Positions 29,932 through 41,360 of a stretch of DNA of 64,000 bases are shown one piece after another. Source of the stretch: Bacteroidales bacterium. GTDB lineage: Bacteria > Bacteroidota > Bacteroidia > Bacteroidales > UBA12077. The notes beneath the pieces were generated by a model. The model did no database searches. It was not told the origin of the DNA and saw only the letters and a list, made by a program, of their open reading frames with translations. Where the stretch lies: assembly GCA_034002805.1 (NCBI GenBank), contig JAVEZW010000001.1, positions 100 to 64,099 of the forward strand, in the 5' to 3' direction. Every line of letters starts with the position of its first letter. The stretch's first letter is position 1. The translations under genes and the position numbers were made by a program.

Positions 29932-30858
29932 TTATTTTTTAACAATCTTGTACGCGTATCTGTAATCTCCTTCAATTTTGAAAAAGTATAATCCATTTGT
30001 TAAGCTTTCAATATTGATTTGCTCATACTCATTTTTAATTGAACCTGTTAGTACTAATCTACCAATTGAATCATACATTTTGTAAATTTTATTAAAAAAT
30101 TGAGGTTTTGATTTTATAGTTAAATAATTCTGACATGGATTGGGATAGATCATAAAATCTTGTTGAATTGGCAGTCTAACTCCAGTTGTTCCCATTGAAA
30201 AAGTAACTGTAATTTGCTTATAATAAAGAGTAGTTGTTGCCTCAAATCCAGAATCTGTCCCAATACAAATCCATACCTCGCCAGATTCATCAGTAGTAAT
30301 AGTAAATTGATGTAAAAAATTATTCCTGTTGATTATCGTAAACACGGTAGTAGTATCTGATACACCAACATGCCCAATAGTATCCATATCAGGGCCGGGA
30401 TTAGACTGAATACCCTTATTGATGTTCATTTGATAAAATCCAGCCGTATTAACTTTAATGGGTTCAATTATGGTTGCCCCAGCTTTCATTTTAACACTTT
30501 CTCCTGGAGCTCCTCCAACACCGCAGGCTAATGTGGGCGCTTTTGAAGCGAAGGAAACATCTATCATAATTTGATAGGTCGTGTTAGGTAAGAGACCTGA
30601 AATTTTTTTCTTAATGAACATAAACAAGTCGTCACTGTGATTGAATCCACTTATTTTTAACCCAAATTCTGATGTATTTAGCGGAGCAGGCAAGTTTGAC
30701 CTTTGGAATTCCAGTTCGTAGAAGACAGAATCGTTAACTGGATAATCAGCAAAATCTCCTTTCCATCCATCATATCCGGTTGAAAAATCATATATATAAG
30801 TTTGTGCATTTGTATTAAATGCAATTAGAGAAAGTAAAATGATTGAGATTCTTTTCAT
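29932..30858 (-). CDS. T9SS type A sorting domain-containing secreted protein
   Basis: Signal peptide. C-terminal MIYPNPCQNYLTIK...GLYFFKIE matches the Por/T9SS C-terminal sorting domain pattern. Confidence 0.75.
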   Translation of the reverse strand: MKRISIILLSLIAFNTNAQTYIYDFSTGYDGWKGDFADYPVNDSVFYELEFQRSNLPAPLNTSEFGLKISGFNHSDDLFMFIKKKISGLLPNTTYQIMIDVSFASKAPTLACGVGGAPGESVKMKAGATIIEPIKVNTAGFYQMNINKGIQSNPGPDMDTIGHVGVSDTTTVFTIINRNNFLHQFTITTDESGEVWICIGTDSGFEATTTLYYKQITVTFSMGTTGVRLPIQQDFMIYPNPCQNYLTIKSKPQFFNKIYKMYDSIGRLVLTGSIKNEYEQINIESLTNGLYFFKIEGDYRYAYKIVKK

Positions 30859-31004
30859 TGATCTTAATATTTGTTGTTTTAATATTTAGAATTGCGAAAG
30901 TGTGAGTAAACGAGTTCTATTTCAACTCACAATCTTAAATTATTTAAATTGGAGAAAAAGCTTTTAACATTTTGCGGTAAATTGCAGTTTTAACAAACCG
31001 AAGT

Positions 31005-32147
31005 TTACAGGTGATTATTTTCAGATTTCATTTGTAATATTTTCTCTACAATTATTGGAATAATGGGAGCAAAATTTTTTGTTTTCCATTTTTGACTATA
31101 ATTTACAGCTATACTGGTTTTTATCTCTGGTATATAAATCACTTGTGTACCCCAAAATCCTGTATGTGTATAAGCAGTCATTCCATTAATCTCAGTTTCC
31201 CAAATACCTACTCTGTAATCTAGGGATTGTTTACTCTGATAATTTACAGGTGAAAGCATTTTACTTAAAGTGGATTCATTATGGAATATTTTATGTTCAA
31301 ATAAGTATTGAAAGAATAAGCTCAAATCGTAAGAGTTAGCTAATAATCCACCTCCACCATAATAATCTAATGAAGGATTAATGAAGTATGTATCTTCATT
31401 TTTAATATACTGATGTATACGTTTGTTAGAATAATCACCTTTAAAATCTTCCATATAAATGTTAGAAAGTCCTAATTTTTTTAGCTTTAATTGTTCAATT
31501 ATAGCTTCACCAAGTGATTTATTGGTAATAGTTTCGATAATTTCTCCAAGTAATATATAGCCTGTATCGGAATATGAAAATTTCTCACCTATTTTGCCAA
31601 CAGGTTTCGTATAGTTTACTAGATCATTTAATTGTTCTGTTCTGCTCCAAATATGATTTAATTTCAAATAATCAAATTCATATTTTAGGGATTGAGTATG
31701 ATCCGACAACCCGCTTGAATGTGTTAATAAATGGTAGACTGTGATTTCTTCAGGATTGTAACTTCCTGTTTTTAAAATACTTACATGTTCTTCACTGATG
31801 TATTTTGAGATTGGGTCTTCTAGTTTTATTTTACCATCTTCCCACAATCTCAATATAGTTGCCGCAACAAATGTTTTAGTTACACTTGCAATTCTAAAAG
31901 TTTGATCAGGTAAGAGTTTTACTCCATTTTCAACATCAGATAATCCTGATGCTCCATTCCAATTAATGTAAAAATTTTTATCATTAGTGATAACACTAAC
32001 TGATATACCAGGCATATTTTCATTAACCTGTTCATCTAATTCTTTTTGAAAAGATATTGTGTTTTCACTTTGGTTGTTATTTCTGCTTTTAAAATTTGTA
32101 AAAAGAACAACTACTGCAAATCCAATGTATAAAAGTTTTAGATTCAT
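31005..32147 (-). CDS. serine hydrolase, beta-lactamase/transpeptidase-like family
   Basis: SxxK motif ASVTKTF; YSDTGY (YxN-type region). Confidence 0.75.
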   Translation of the reverse strand: MNLKLLYIGFAVVVLFTNFKSRNNNQSENTISFQKELDEQVNENMPGISVSVITNDKNFYINWNGASGLSDVENGVKLLPDQTFRIASVTKTFVAATILRLWEDGKIKLEDPISKYISEEHVSILKTGSYNPEEITVYHLLTHSSGLSDHTQSLKYEFDYLKLNHIWSRTEQLNDLVNYTKPVGKIGEKFSYSDTGYILLGEIIETITNKSLGEAIIEQLKLKKLGLSNIYMEDFKGDYSNKRIHQYIKNEDTYFINPSLDYYGGGGLLANSYDLSLFFQYLFEHKIFHNESTLSKMLSPVNYQSKQSLDYRVGIWETEINGMTAYTHTGFWGTQVIYIPEIKTSIAVNYSQKWKTKNFAPIIPIIVEKILQMKSENNHL

Positions 32148-32340
32148 TTTGAATATTTTTTTAGTTATGGTTTTCTTTAATATTACTTATCACTAAATGT
32201 ATGCACATACTATCGCGTGGTATTGCTCTCTGTTTTATTATCCTCTGCTGAACAACCTTAATTAGACAAATAATTGTCAATCACACATCAAAACCCTCAA
32301 AATGTTTGTCGGGCAACGTTTTTAGTTTTTTGATATTGAT

Positions 32341-32760
32341 TTAATTAACAAAATCATCCAAAACTATTTTATTATTTTCTGATAGCATTCCGTTACGCGA
32401 TTTTATCTCTGTCAAACAAGAAACAACACGACCATTTAACTGCTTTCGCATTTTATTAAACATACTACCTGTAAGAATTTTGTATGTTGTGAATAAAGCA
32501 ATTTTCGATTTTATTGCATTTGGCAACTTTGCGGCAAAATCATTCCAATCTTTTTCTGGGTGCTGCAAGAAAAACATTAAACCACTCGTCCAACATCCTA
32601 ATAGTAAATAATCAACATTATTAAGTATTTCAGCCCTATATTCTTGAATTGATAATATAGTTACTTCTAACTCCTTTAATTTCAAATATGCACCAATCTC
32701 TTGGGCATATTTCTTTGTTATTCCAGTTTTGCTGTTGTAGATAATAACTGCCTTTTTCAT
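32341..32760 (-). CDS. flavodoxin-like protein
   Basis: N-terminal MKKAVIIYNSKTGITKKYA phosphate-binding loop pattern. Confidence 0.6.
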   Translation of the reverse strand: MKKAVIIYNSKTGITKKYAQEIGAYLKLKELEVTILSIQEYRAEILNNVDYLLLGCWTSGLMFFLQHPEKDWNDFAAKLPNAIKSKIALFTTYKILTGSMFNKMRKQLNGRVVSCLTEIKSRNGMLSENNKIVLDDFVN

Positions 32761-32922
32761 AATTTAAATTTTAATTTGTTTTGATTATGGCTCCTTACCA
32801 AAATTATATTTTAATCAATCTAAAGTCATATTTAACAAGATATTATTGCACTTTTTCACTAACATTTTCACAAAACTATCTGTTAAAAAATACAAATAGA
32901 TTTCCTCACCTGTTATGTGAAT

Positions 32923-34713
32923 CTATTTTATTTTTTTGCATTCATATATCCCGGAAGGGGTTTTATATTTCAATCCAGTAACCTTATCGTTTACTTTTAC
33001 AAATTCAACCTGTACGTCATCAAATTTCTCCACCTTAAAAATATTCTTCTTATTCGGAATTAAAATATCATCAGTTTTTCTCAGAATGGTTAGTTTATTA
33101 TCTCTCAACACTATTTCAAATACTGAACCTGCAATTTCGTACTTACCAGCGTATTGTTTTAATATTTCAGGATTAGAAAGTGTTTCATCCGATTTTTTAG
33201 TAAACTCAACCTGTCCCTCATCAATAGAAACGATGGCCGAACTTATTTCGCCTTGTGGATTTATTTCAAAGTTTAAACTCCATTTTCCAAAATCTTCATC
33301 ATCAGGAGTGTCGAACCTGTTGTAGTGATAGTGATTAAGTGGCAAAACAGTCCTTCTAAAATTAAAAAATAATGAATCATTTCTATAATCAACAATAAAT
33401 TCACCATAAGTTTCATTCGAAAAAGTCCCTACATAATCTTGGAGATTATGTGTTGGGAATGTTCCATCTACATGATCGAAACCAACTAGACCTCTGGCAT
33501 TTTTAGAATTTTCTTTCTGTTTTATATGATCAGCCAGTCTTCTTCCACTCCAATCTGTTTGCTCAAGATTGAGTAAACGATCTACGATATTATACATAAT
33601 AATATCACTTAAAGCAGCCCCTTGGTCACCAATCACAAAAGTTATGATACCAATACTGTCGTAAGGCAGAATGGCTACTTGTGAATGAAATCCGGGCATA
33701 TCTCCACCATGTTTTGTCAATACATTTCCTTTATAAATTTCAATCGCACGTGCCATACAATACACTGAATTAAGGCTTTCATTATACCCCTTTTCTTCAA
33801 ATTCTGCATTACTAAAGGCAATACCTGGTTTTAAACTTTCTTTTATTATGGAAGGAGGGATAATCTCTTTGCCATTGAATTTTCCATTATTTATAAGGGA
33901 AATTACCCAATGTGACATATCATTAAGGTTTGAAATGATAGAGGCGGCAGGACCAACAGCTACACCATCTTCTTTAAGATCTATTTTATAGAGCAATGTA
34001 GTGTCTCTAACTTCGTTATATGGTACTCCATAGTCAGTTGATTTTTGCATTTCGGAAATTGAAAAAACTGTACTATTCATGTTTAGTGGCTCAAATATTT
34101 TTTTAGTAACAAATTCTTCCCATGTCTTTCCTGTTCTTAGTTCAATAGAATAACCAACCGCAGTATACATGAGGTTATTGTAAATAAAATCCTGACGTAA
34201 AGGCTTTGAGGGCTCTAGAAACCGAATTCGTTCAAAAAGTTCTTTTCGTGTAAAATCAGATTGAAACCAGATCATGTCATGCCTAGAGATTCCTGTTTTG
34301 TGACCCAGCATATCCCTAAGTGTTACCTGATTATTTAATTGGTTATTGTAAAATTCCAGTTCAGGAACAGATTCTTTAATTGGTTTGTCCCATTCAAATA
34401 CACCCTCTTCAACAAGCATGCCCGCTGCAATTGTTGTAAAGAGTTTAGTGTTTGATGCAATTTGAAACAAGGTGTTTTCAGTTACTGGCAGTTTATTTCC
34501 ATAATCTCTGTAACCAAATCCTTTTTTATAAACTACTTTATTCTTATAAACTATGGCTACACCTGCTCCGGGTTCATTCCAATCTTTCAAAACCTCTGAC
34601 ATATAATTATCAAACCCCTTAAGCGACTTGTCCATGTCAATTTCCTGAGCAAAGGTATTAATGGGAAAAAAGACCACAAATAATAAAAAAATAATTGCTA
34701 ATAGTTTTTTCAT
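32923..34713 (-). CDS. serine hydrolase, beta-lactamase family with C-terminal beta-rich domain
   Basis: SxxK motif ASNTKLF, YNNLMY; signal peptide. Confidence 0.75.
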   Translation of the reverse strand: MKKLLAIIFLLFVVFFPINTFAQEIDMDKSLKGFDNYMSEVLKDWNEPGAGVAIVYKNKVVYKKGFGYRDYGNKLPVTENTLFQIASNTKLFTTIAAGMLVEEGVFEWDKPIKESVPELEFYNNQLNNQVTLRDMLGHKTGISRHDMIWFQSDFTRKELFERIRFLEPSKPLRQDFIYNNLMYTAVGYSIELRTGKTWEEFVTKKIFEPLNMNSTVFSISEMQKSTDYGVPYNEVRDTTLLYKIDLKEDGVAVGPAASIISNLNDMSHWVISLINNGKFNGKEIIPPSIIKESLKPGIAFSNAEFEEKGYNESLNSVYCMARAIEIYKGNVLTKHGGDMPGFHSQVAILPYDSIGIITFVIGDQGAALSDIIMYNIVDRLLNLEQTDWSGRRLADHIKQKENSKNARGLVGFDHVDGTFPTHNLQDYVGTFSNETYGEFIVDYRNDSLFFNFRRTVLPLNHYHYNRFDTPDDEDFGKWSLNFEINPQGEISSAIVSIDEGQVEFTKKSDETLSNPEILKQYAGKYEIAGSVFEIVLRDNKLTILRKTDDILIPNKKNIFKVEKFDDVQVEFVKVNDKVTGLKYKTPSGIYECKKIK

Positions 34714-34730
34714 TTTTTTAAGTTTTAATA

Positions 34731-35669
34731 TTACAATTTATACTTTAATAGAAGAATATTTTTCAATGCCATAGGATCAATAATTTCATTACTTGGATTT
34801 TTTAAATTCTTTAACTGACTATTTGCCAAACAATAAATGTGATTATCTACCACTACTAAAGTAGTTGGTATGTCGAAAAGAGGATTGTTTTGATCGATAA
34901 TTTCCATTTTAATAATCTTGGTTCCAGATTCATCCAGAAAGTATCTTGCTATTTTTATCTGACTCTCTTCTTCAACTGCGTTTTGAATACCAATTAAACT
35001 ATTCTTATAATATTTTAACCCATCTATCCCTGTTGAATTAATAGTACTATCAAACTCGCCAAGGATGACCAATTTTTCAATGTCTAATACCCGAATTCCT
35101 TTATCAGTTGATGCTATATATAGATATTTATTATCAGGGGAGATTGTAATTCCATTTGGATGCTCAATTTGATCACTTTCAAAAAATAAGCTAATTGAAT
35201 CAGTTTCAAAATCTATTCGATAGATTTCATTTCTTCGACTATTTGTTATGTAAACATTTCCATTCTTATCTTGTGTCAAATCGTTAAATAAGAATGAACT
35301 AGTGTCTGTATGTAAATACGATTTAATTAGCTCTCCAGATTTTAAATTGAACTTTGTTACAGCAGAATATTGTACATTATTTTCAACCTTATTACCGCAA
35401 GCCCAAAGGTGTCCATTGGAATCATCCACAATCATTCCTAAAAAACTAAGTCCTAATAATTCAGATGAAATATAATCATTACAAGTACCATTTCCTGCAT
35501 TAACCTGGATGATCTTGGTTTTCTTAATACTGCTAATATAGAATGAATTAGTCGTATATGAATAAGTAATTCCCTCAGGTATTAAATCTTTTTCTGGTAT
35601 AACGTATGCAATCTGATTGCACCCTGAGAAAAGTAAAATTGTTGAAATAAATCTAATTACAATTTTCAT
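34731..35669 (-). CDS. SMP-30/gluconolactonase/LRE-like beta-propeller lipoprotein
   Basis: Lipobox LFSGC. PNGITISPDNKYLYIAST-type blade motif. Confidence 0.5.
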   Translation of the reverse strand: MKIVIRFISTILLFSGCNQIAYVIPEKDLIPEGITYSYTTNSFYISSIKKTKIIQVNAGNGTCNDYISSELLGLSFLGMIVDDSNGHLWACGNKVENNVQYSAVTKFNLKSGELIKSYLHTDTSSFLFNDLTQDKNGNVYITNSRRNEIYRIDFETDSISLFFESDQIEHPNGITISPDNKYLYIASTDKGIRVLDIEKLVILGEFDSTINSTGIDGLKYYKNSLIGIQNAVEEESQIKIARYFLDESGTKIIKMEIIDQNNPLFDIPTTLVVVDNHIYCLANSQLKNLKNPSNEIIDPMALKNILLLKYKL

Positions 35670-35835
35670 TATACATATTTAAAAATTGAGTAAACATTTT
35701 ATAAATCATATTTAAATTATTATGATTCATCTTCGAAAATCTTTATTAAGAGAATTTCTGAATTACAAGATTATTGTTACTTATACTAATTCCTATTATT
35801 TTTTTGGTTTTTCCATACTGAGATCCTCAATATTA

Positions 35836-36288
35836 CTAGCTTCTGTCTGTTTGTAAAATGCTATTTTTTATTTCATTGAACAAAGATTCAACAAGTATCT
35901 TTTCATTAATTGTTAGTCCTATAAAACTAAAAGCTCTTTCATAAGTACTACAAATTTTTACGGATACTGGTAAGTTCTCTTTATTTAATTTGAACAACAT
36001 TGGTGGAACCAATTGATTTGGATTGCTTGTTATTGCAACTGATCTTCTTTTGCCAAAAAGTATGCTCCCAAATGAGATGTGTTGAATGTATTGAAATATT
36101 TCTTCCGCTTCAATTTGAAATTTAATATCCCTAAAATCATGAATTATGTCAAAATTAGGATTGTAATCATTATCTTTACTTACTTTATCCTTTGACTCGA
36201 TAAATTCCTTTATATTAAAATCTCCGCTATAGTACTCTAAAATTAAAGATTTATCAGAAAGTATTTTATAACTAAATTTTTTTAGCAT
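35836..36288 (-). CDS. hypothetical protein
   Basis: 150-aa ORF; no motif. Confidence 0.45.
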   Translation of the reverse strand: MLKKFSYKILSDKSLILEYYSGDFNIKEFIESKDKVSKDNDYNPNFDIIHDFRDIKFQIEAEEIFQYIQHISFGSILFGKRRSVAITSNPNQLVPPMLFKLNKENLPVSVKICSTYERAFSFIGLTINEKILVESLFNEIKNSILQTDRS

Positions 36289-36342
36289 TATTATATTCCA
36301 TTTTTGATTAGTTTAATAATAAGGCTGTTTTATTTTATTCAA

Positions 36343-37038
36343 TTATTTAAATTGGAAACGTAAACCCACTTTAATAAAACTTGATCCAGGTTCTTCAAAT
36401 GATTTTTGGTTGTAAAAGTCTTCATAAAATTGTGAACCCCGATAGGCATCAGCATAGAATCCTAATTTATAACCATTTTTAAATTTAATAGGATAGGCAG
36501 AAATACCGAAAACGGCACCATTAGAAAAATGATTTGTTGTATAGTTAGGTAAAATACCTGTTTCTTCAATTGAAACAATATTTATTTGTGCTAAATAGCC
36601 CAATTTTAATTGAATATCCGAAGAAGGGAACAATTTTTTAAACAAAATAAAGTTATAGGTGAACGGAACTATAAATTGAGATACTGATAATTTGCGATTA
36701 CCATTGTACAGATTCTCATTATCTGCATAGAAGAACGTTTGAGAATTAAACATATAATCTAAACCGCTTTCAATTTCACCATATTTAAGTGGTTTATTTA
36801 AATGTAAGCCAATGTTCATACCCGTTCGAGTTGCTCCACTATAAGCATCAACCTGATTATCGACATTAGTATTCACGTTGGGAACAACAGATAAATCTGT
36901 ATTTTCGGTTATTCCACCATTGTTAATACCAGCCTGAACAGAATATTTTAAAGATCTTTGATTTTTTGGAGTTACTGAACATTTAGTCAATAACAGAGCT
37001 GATATTAATAAAATAATAATTTTGTAATATGTTTTCAC
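36343..37038 (-). CDS. outer-membrane beta-barrel (porin-family) protein
   Basis: Signal peptide, alternating hydrophobic beta-strand pattern, aromatic-rich C-terminus GLRFQFK. Confidence 0.6.
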   Translation of the reverse strand: MKTYYKIIILLISALLLTKCSVTPKNQRSLKYSVQAGINNGGITENTDLSVVPNVNTNVDNQVDAYSGATRTGMNIGLHLNKPLKYGEIESGLDYMFNSQTFFYADNENLYNGNRKLSVSQFIVPFTYNFILFKKLFPSSDIQLKLGYLAQINIVSIEETGILPNYTTNHFSNGAVFGISAYPIKFKNGYKLGFYADAYRGSQFYEDFYNQKSFEEPGSSFIKVGLRFQFK

Positions 37039-37277
37039 TTGTCTTTATTAAAAAAAATAAATGTTTAAGTTTTGTTTATAATAAATGAGTTTTTTATTAA
37101 AAAAATTATCTATTCTTCTGAAAATAAGTCACACTGATAATTCAATCAGTAAAAATATCTTTATATTTTTTCTTTCTGGAAGTAGGGTTCATATGATAAA
37201 ATAGTCAACCAATTCTAGCATAACTCCTTCTTTTAATCAAAGTATTTAGCTGATCACGCTTTAAAATATTTCTATTC

Positions 37278-37817
37278 TTATTTGTTCGTTGGTGGAATTA
37301 TTGACCAATGACTATGTATAATTTTCCACTGTTTGTCAGGTTGTTGTTTGTAAACTTCTGTACATCTCTCACGAAAAATATTGTTTCCGATATGTGATAC
37401 TAAATTAAAACTCAAAACAGCTATTTCTCCTCCTGATTGTACAACAGGGTCAATCATTTCGTATTGCTCTACAAATATTGTCCCTTCCAAACTTTTATAA
37501 AATGCCTGTACACTTTTAAATCCATCGAACCGCTTTTCCTGAAAAGGATCAAAATAGGTAATGTCATCAGCGTAAATATCTAAAAAGCCTGAAGGATTTC
37601 CCTTATTCAATTTTTCCAATGCAGCTTTTTCCATATCAATAATGGTTGTTGCTATACTTTCTTGATTCATATCTATTATTTTAGACGATGTTATGATTTT
37701 ATCTTTTGTTTTTTTTTGAAAGCAACTAAACAAGCAAATACTTATTACAACCACATAGATGGTTTTACCTATAATTGATTTCGTTCTGCTCTTTTGTATG
37801 GTTTCTTTTTTATCCAT
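37278..37817 (-). CDS. SnoaL-like / DUF4440 (NTF2-fold) protein with N-terminal anchor
   Basis: Length and the C-terminal WKIIHSHWS pattern typical of DUF4440. Confidence 0.5.
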   Translation of the reverse strand: MDKKETIQKSRTKSIIGKTIYVVVISICLFSCFQKKTKDKIITSSKIIDMNQESIATTIIDMEKAALEKLNKGNPSGFLDIYADDITYFDPFQEKRFDGFKSVQAFYKSLEGTIFVEQYEMIDPVVQSGGEIAVLSFNLVSHIGNNIFRERCTEVYKQQPDKQWKIIHSHWSIIPPTNK

Positions 37818-38055
37818 TTTTCTACTAATTTATTCAGTACTACAAATTAATGTTTTAGAATTATTGTTTTATCACCCTTTCAATTTATTAATATCGCTAA
37901 TCTTACAGATAGGCGTTTACAGATTTAAAGTGAGCATGGGTAAAACTTATTTCAACACTACCTATTGATAATGAAATAAATATAATAGTTGTTTATCAGT
38001 TATAAGCTAAATCCCAAATGCTTTTTGACATATATTAGCTACCAGACATTTTATT

Positions 38056-38556
38056 TTAAATCCGTTCTAATTTTATATTCTTTGGGTAAAAGCCAAACTT
38101 CTCATAAAAAGAAAGAACTTGTTCATTTCCTGAACTAACAAACAATCGTTGTGTAATTGTATTTTTTGACAATAACCAATCGATCGCTTTATTCATTAAA
38201 GTTTTCCCAATACCAGAGTCCCTGTATATTTGTTCTACATATAAAGAGTCAATTTCTCCTATACTTTCATCAATTCTGTCAACTGTACTAATACAATATC
38301 CGATTATTGAATTAGTTTCATCAACTACATAATTAAGATGAATTTCTTTTGATTTACTTATCAAATCTTTTTTTCTCAATTCCCAAGTTTTTGTCTGAAA
38401 TGATCTTTTAAAATCCTCTGACAATTCAGAATGAAGTTGATTCAATTTTTCCCAAAGTTGTTTAATTTGATCAAGATCATTTGTAGATCCTTTTATATAT
38501 TTAAATTTAGTCATAATTATAGACTTGAACTTGCTGCAAACTTCCTCAAGAAACAA
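38056..38556 (-). CDS. GNAT family N-acetyltransferase
   Basis: YRDSGIGKTLMNKAIDW acetyl-CoA binding segment. Confidence 0.75.
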   Translation of the reverse strand: MFLEEVCSKFKSIIMTKFKYIKGSTNDLDQIKQLWEKLNQLHSELSEDFKRSFQTKTWELRKKDLISKSKEIHLNYVVDETNSIIGYCISTVDRIDESIGEIDSLYVEQIYRDSGIGKTLMNKAIDWLLSKNTITQRLFVSSGNEQVLSFYEKFGFYPKNIKLERI

Positions 38557-38669
38557 TATATACCCAATTTTTGAAAGTTTTCTATTTTCATATAATTATT
38601 AAGTTAAATTTCCATAATTAGTTGCCATCGAGGCATACGTATCATCGCAATTAAACAAGCCTTTATTTT

Positions 38670-39632
38670 TTATTTTCTTGCTTTAAGCTCCATCGGTAAA
38701 ATACAATTATAGATAAATTTGTTTACAGGAGTATCTACTCCATACTTTTTTGCAAGTTTTACAACTGTTCCATTTTGGTATTCGATCTCTGATGGTTTTC
38801 CTTCCCATACATCTCTTGTTAATGATGATGTTGATTCATAAGGGAATGAGTCAATAAATGATATCGTTTTATCCAAAAAGTCATTTTCTATTTGTATTCC
38901 TACCTTTTGAGATAATAGGTATATTTCAGATAATAAATCAACCATTAATTGTCTTGTTTCTTTTAGCTCTCTCATTTCGCCATAGGTTGTTCTTGATACA
39001 GCTAATAAACCACTCACACAAATTGCCATGAACTTCTTCCATAAATCAGATGTTATATCTTCAGATATATTGGAGTGTATTCCTGCAATATCAAAAAGCT
39101 CTTTAATTTTATATATTCGATTAGTCTTTTCTAAGCTAAATTCTCCAAAAAGATTTGTTGGAGTTAAACCAAAATGATTTATAACACCTTCAGAATCTAT
39201 TTTACTAATAATCCTGCATAATCCGCCAATTACATGTTTTTCATCAATTTTTTCTTTGAGTTCTTCAGCGGCAAGCACTCCGTTTTGAAGCGGTAATATT
39301 ATTGTATCCTCTTTTATTATATATTTTAGTTGATCAGCAATTTCTTTTACTTGCCAGGCTTTAACCCCCAGAATAATTATATCAACTAACCCAATATCTT
39401 TAATTGTATCTGTAACATTTACGGTATCAATCTTGAAATCTCCCAGAATACTTTTTACAGTCAATCCATTTTCCTTAATTGATTTAAAATGCTTCCCACG
39501 AGCTAAGAATGTTACATCAAATCCGGCATGAGCAATTTTTCCACCAAAATATCCACCAACACCACCTGTTCCAATAACAGCTATTTTCATTCTTTTATTT
39601 ATTAAAGATTTATTTAAAATAATATTGCTCAT
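38670..39632 (-). CDS. panE: 2-dehydropantoate 2-reductase (ketopantoate reductase)
   Basis: Rossmann KIAVIGTGGVGGYFGGKIA; ApbA/PanE C-terminal helical domain pattern (STSSLTRD, EIEYQNG). Confidence 0.75.
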   Translation of the reverse strand: MSNIILNKSLINKRMKIAVIGTGGVGGYFGGKIAHAGFDVTFLARGKHFKSIKENGLTVKSILGDFKIDTVNVTDTIKDIGLVDIIILGVKAWQVKEIADQLKYIIKEDTIILPLQNGVLAAEELKEKIDEKHVIGGLCRIISKIDSEGVINHFGLTPTNLFGEFSLEKTNRIYKIKELFDIAGIHSNISEDITSDLWKKFMAICVSGLLAVSRTTYGEMRELKETRQLMVDLLSEIYLLSQKVGIQIENDFLDKTISFIDSFPYESTSSLTRDVWEGKPSEIEYQNGTVVKLAKKYGVDTPVNKFIYNCILPMELKARK

Positions 39633-39648
39633 AAAAAATAAAATATTA

Positions 39649-40092
39649 TTACTCTAGAATAGGTCCTTCACCGATTACCATTTTTCCCTTATAGTATAAA
39701 AGCTTAATTTTACCCGATTGATCAATAAAACTATCCAAACCATCCCGATTAATTGTACATAAGTTGAAAACTTTAAGGTTATGAGGTAATAAATTAGCCC
39801 TATCAGCAGTTGGATTTAACATGCTACATGGGAATATTTTGCAATCAGAGCAAAATTCTACACCTTTTGATTTAGTACAGTTGTATGTTGCACAATCTGT
39901 TTTCACTATAGGACATTTACCTTCGATATTTCTACAACCATTACAAGGCAATATGGCTTTTGGTATTCCTTTCGAAACTAAGTATTCAAAAATGTCTTTA
40001 TCCTGTTTGCTTAAGTAGAATTCGCACCTTCCACAATCTAAACCACATGGAGCCACAAGTTTTTCTCGTTCATTCATTTTTGTAGTTTTCAT
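39649..40092 (-). CDS. DUF3795-like cysteine-rich protein
   Basis: CGLDCGRCEFY start and multiple CxxC pairs. Confidence 0.55.
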   Translation of the reverse strand: MKTTKMNEREKLVAPCGLDCGRCEFYLSKQDKDIFEYLVSKGIPKAILPCNGCRNIEGKCPIVKTDCATYNCTKSKGVEFCSDCKIFPCSMLNPTADRANLLPHNLKVFNLCTINRDGLDSFIDQSGKIKLLYYKGKMVIGEGPILE

Positions 40093-40146
40093 AGTAATGT
40101 AAAATTGGTTTTATACAACTACAAAATTATACTGTCTTAGAATGTG

Positions 40147-40170
40147 ATTTATGAACCTGAGTTCATAAAT
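40147..40170. promoter_or_regulatory. perfect palindrome ATTTATGAAC-N4-GTTCATAAAT overlapping the Crp-family gene stop codon
   Basis: 10-bp perfect arms read directly. Centre lies about 66 nt upstream of the DUF3795 gene start. The half-site spacing is like Crp/Fnr-family operators. Confidence 0.4.
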
Positions 40171-40765
40171 GGGTATGCAGCATTTTTTTTTTGATTCTAC
40201 ATAAGGCCTGCGGTGTCACTCCAACGTATGAAGCAATATGATATTGGGGAATGCGTTGCAGCAAATCCTTGTGTTGGTTTATAAATTTCAAATATCTTTG
40301 CTCTGGGCTTTCGCAATAAAATGTGTAGAAATGGCTAACCAACCCTAAAAATAGTTGCTCTATGGAAAGTCTGCCAAACCGTTCACCATATGGTATTTCT
40401 TTGTAAAATACCTGTAAATTATCGTAAGTAATAGATAAAAGGGTTGTAGGTTCTATGGCAGAGATATTAAATTTTGAAGGGGTTTTTCTTAAAAAGCCTT
40501 CTGAATCACTACAGAATGCCCCTTCATTTACAAAAACAAAAGTTCTGTCTACACCATCAATAAGAAGGGATAACCGAACGATACCTGTACCTATAAAATA
40601 CAATTTTTGACAATAGGCTCCTTCTTTCAGTATTAATTCATTTTTATCGAAATACTCTAATACAAACAATTTACTAATGAGTTCTTCGTCTTTAGCATTA
40701 AGGGGGATGTAATCTTTTATCCTTAAAATCAGAAAATCAAAGTCTAAAAAGGATGTTTTCATCAC
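40163..40765 (-). CDS. Crp/Fnr family transcriptional regulator
   Basis: cNMP-binding beta-roll (GAYCQKLYFIGTGIVR), C-terminal HTH IASYVGVTPQALCRIKKK. Confidence 0.8.
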   Translation of the reverse strand: MMKTSFLDFDFLILRIKDYIPLNAKDEELISKLFVLEYFDKNELILKEGAYCQKLYFIGTGIVRLSLLIDGVDRTFVFVNEGAFCSDSEGFLRKTPSKFNISAIEPTTLLSITYDNLQVFYKEIPYGERFGRLSIEQLFLGLVSHFYTFYCESPEQRYLKFINQHKDLLQRIPQYHIASYVGVTPQALCRIKKKMLHTHL

Positions 40766-41360
40766 ATTGATTTATTTTACATTCTATACAAATTGATTCT
40801 GTTTTTTGCAATTTGTTTAATTTATTAGGAGCATTAATCACATCATATTTATCAAAAATTAATTATTAGTCGCAGACATTAATAATTATGATGCTGGTTA
40901 GAGATAACATTTTTTTTCAATACTTCTTAACCGATTTGCCTTAATTGAGTAATCAGTTTTAACAGTTAGAAATTCGTCAAAAGTTATTAAACAATTTTTG
41001 AGAATCAAAAACAATTTGAAAAATTCATTTATTCCATTATAATCTTCGAGGTAAAGATTGACTAATTACATTATTATTAATAATGCTTTTTAATTGGAAA
41101 ATAGAAGTGTACGAATGTGCTGTTCTTTAAAGTAAAATTCTCCAAGACGATTTCTAATACAGCCTAAATGCAGGTTCATTTTTCTCAACAATTCATCACA
41201 AAGTTAAGAAATCCCTTTGAAAAGAGCCCACGAGGCTGACCATGGGCCCAAATAAATTCGGCATAAAACCGCTGCACTTTTTATACGAATTTATATTGCT
41301 CGTTTTCAAAATGGATTTATGGTGGTTGTTCCGAATTATTAATTAAAACACCGGAACTAG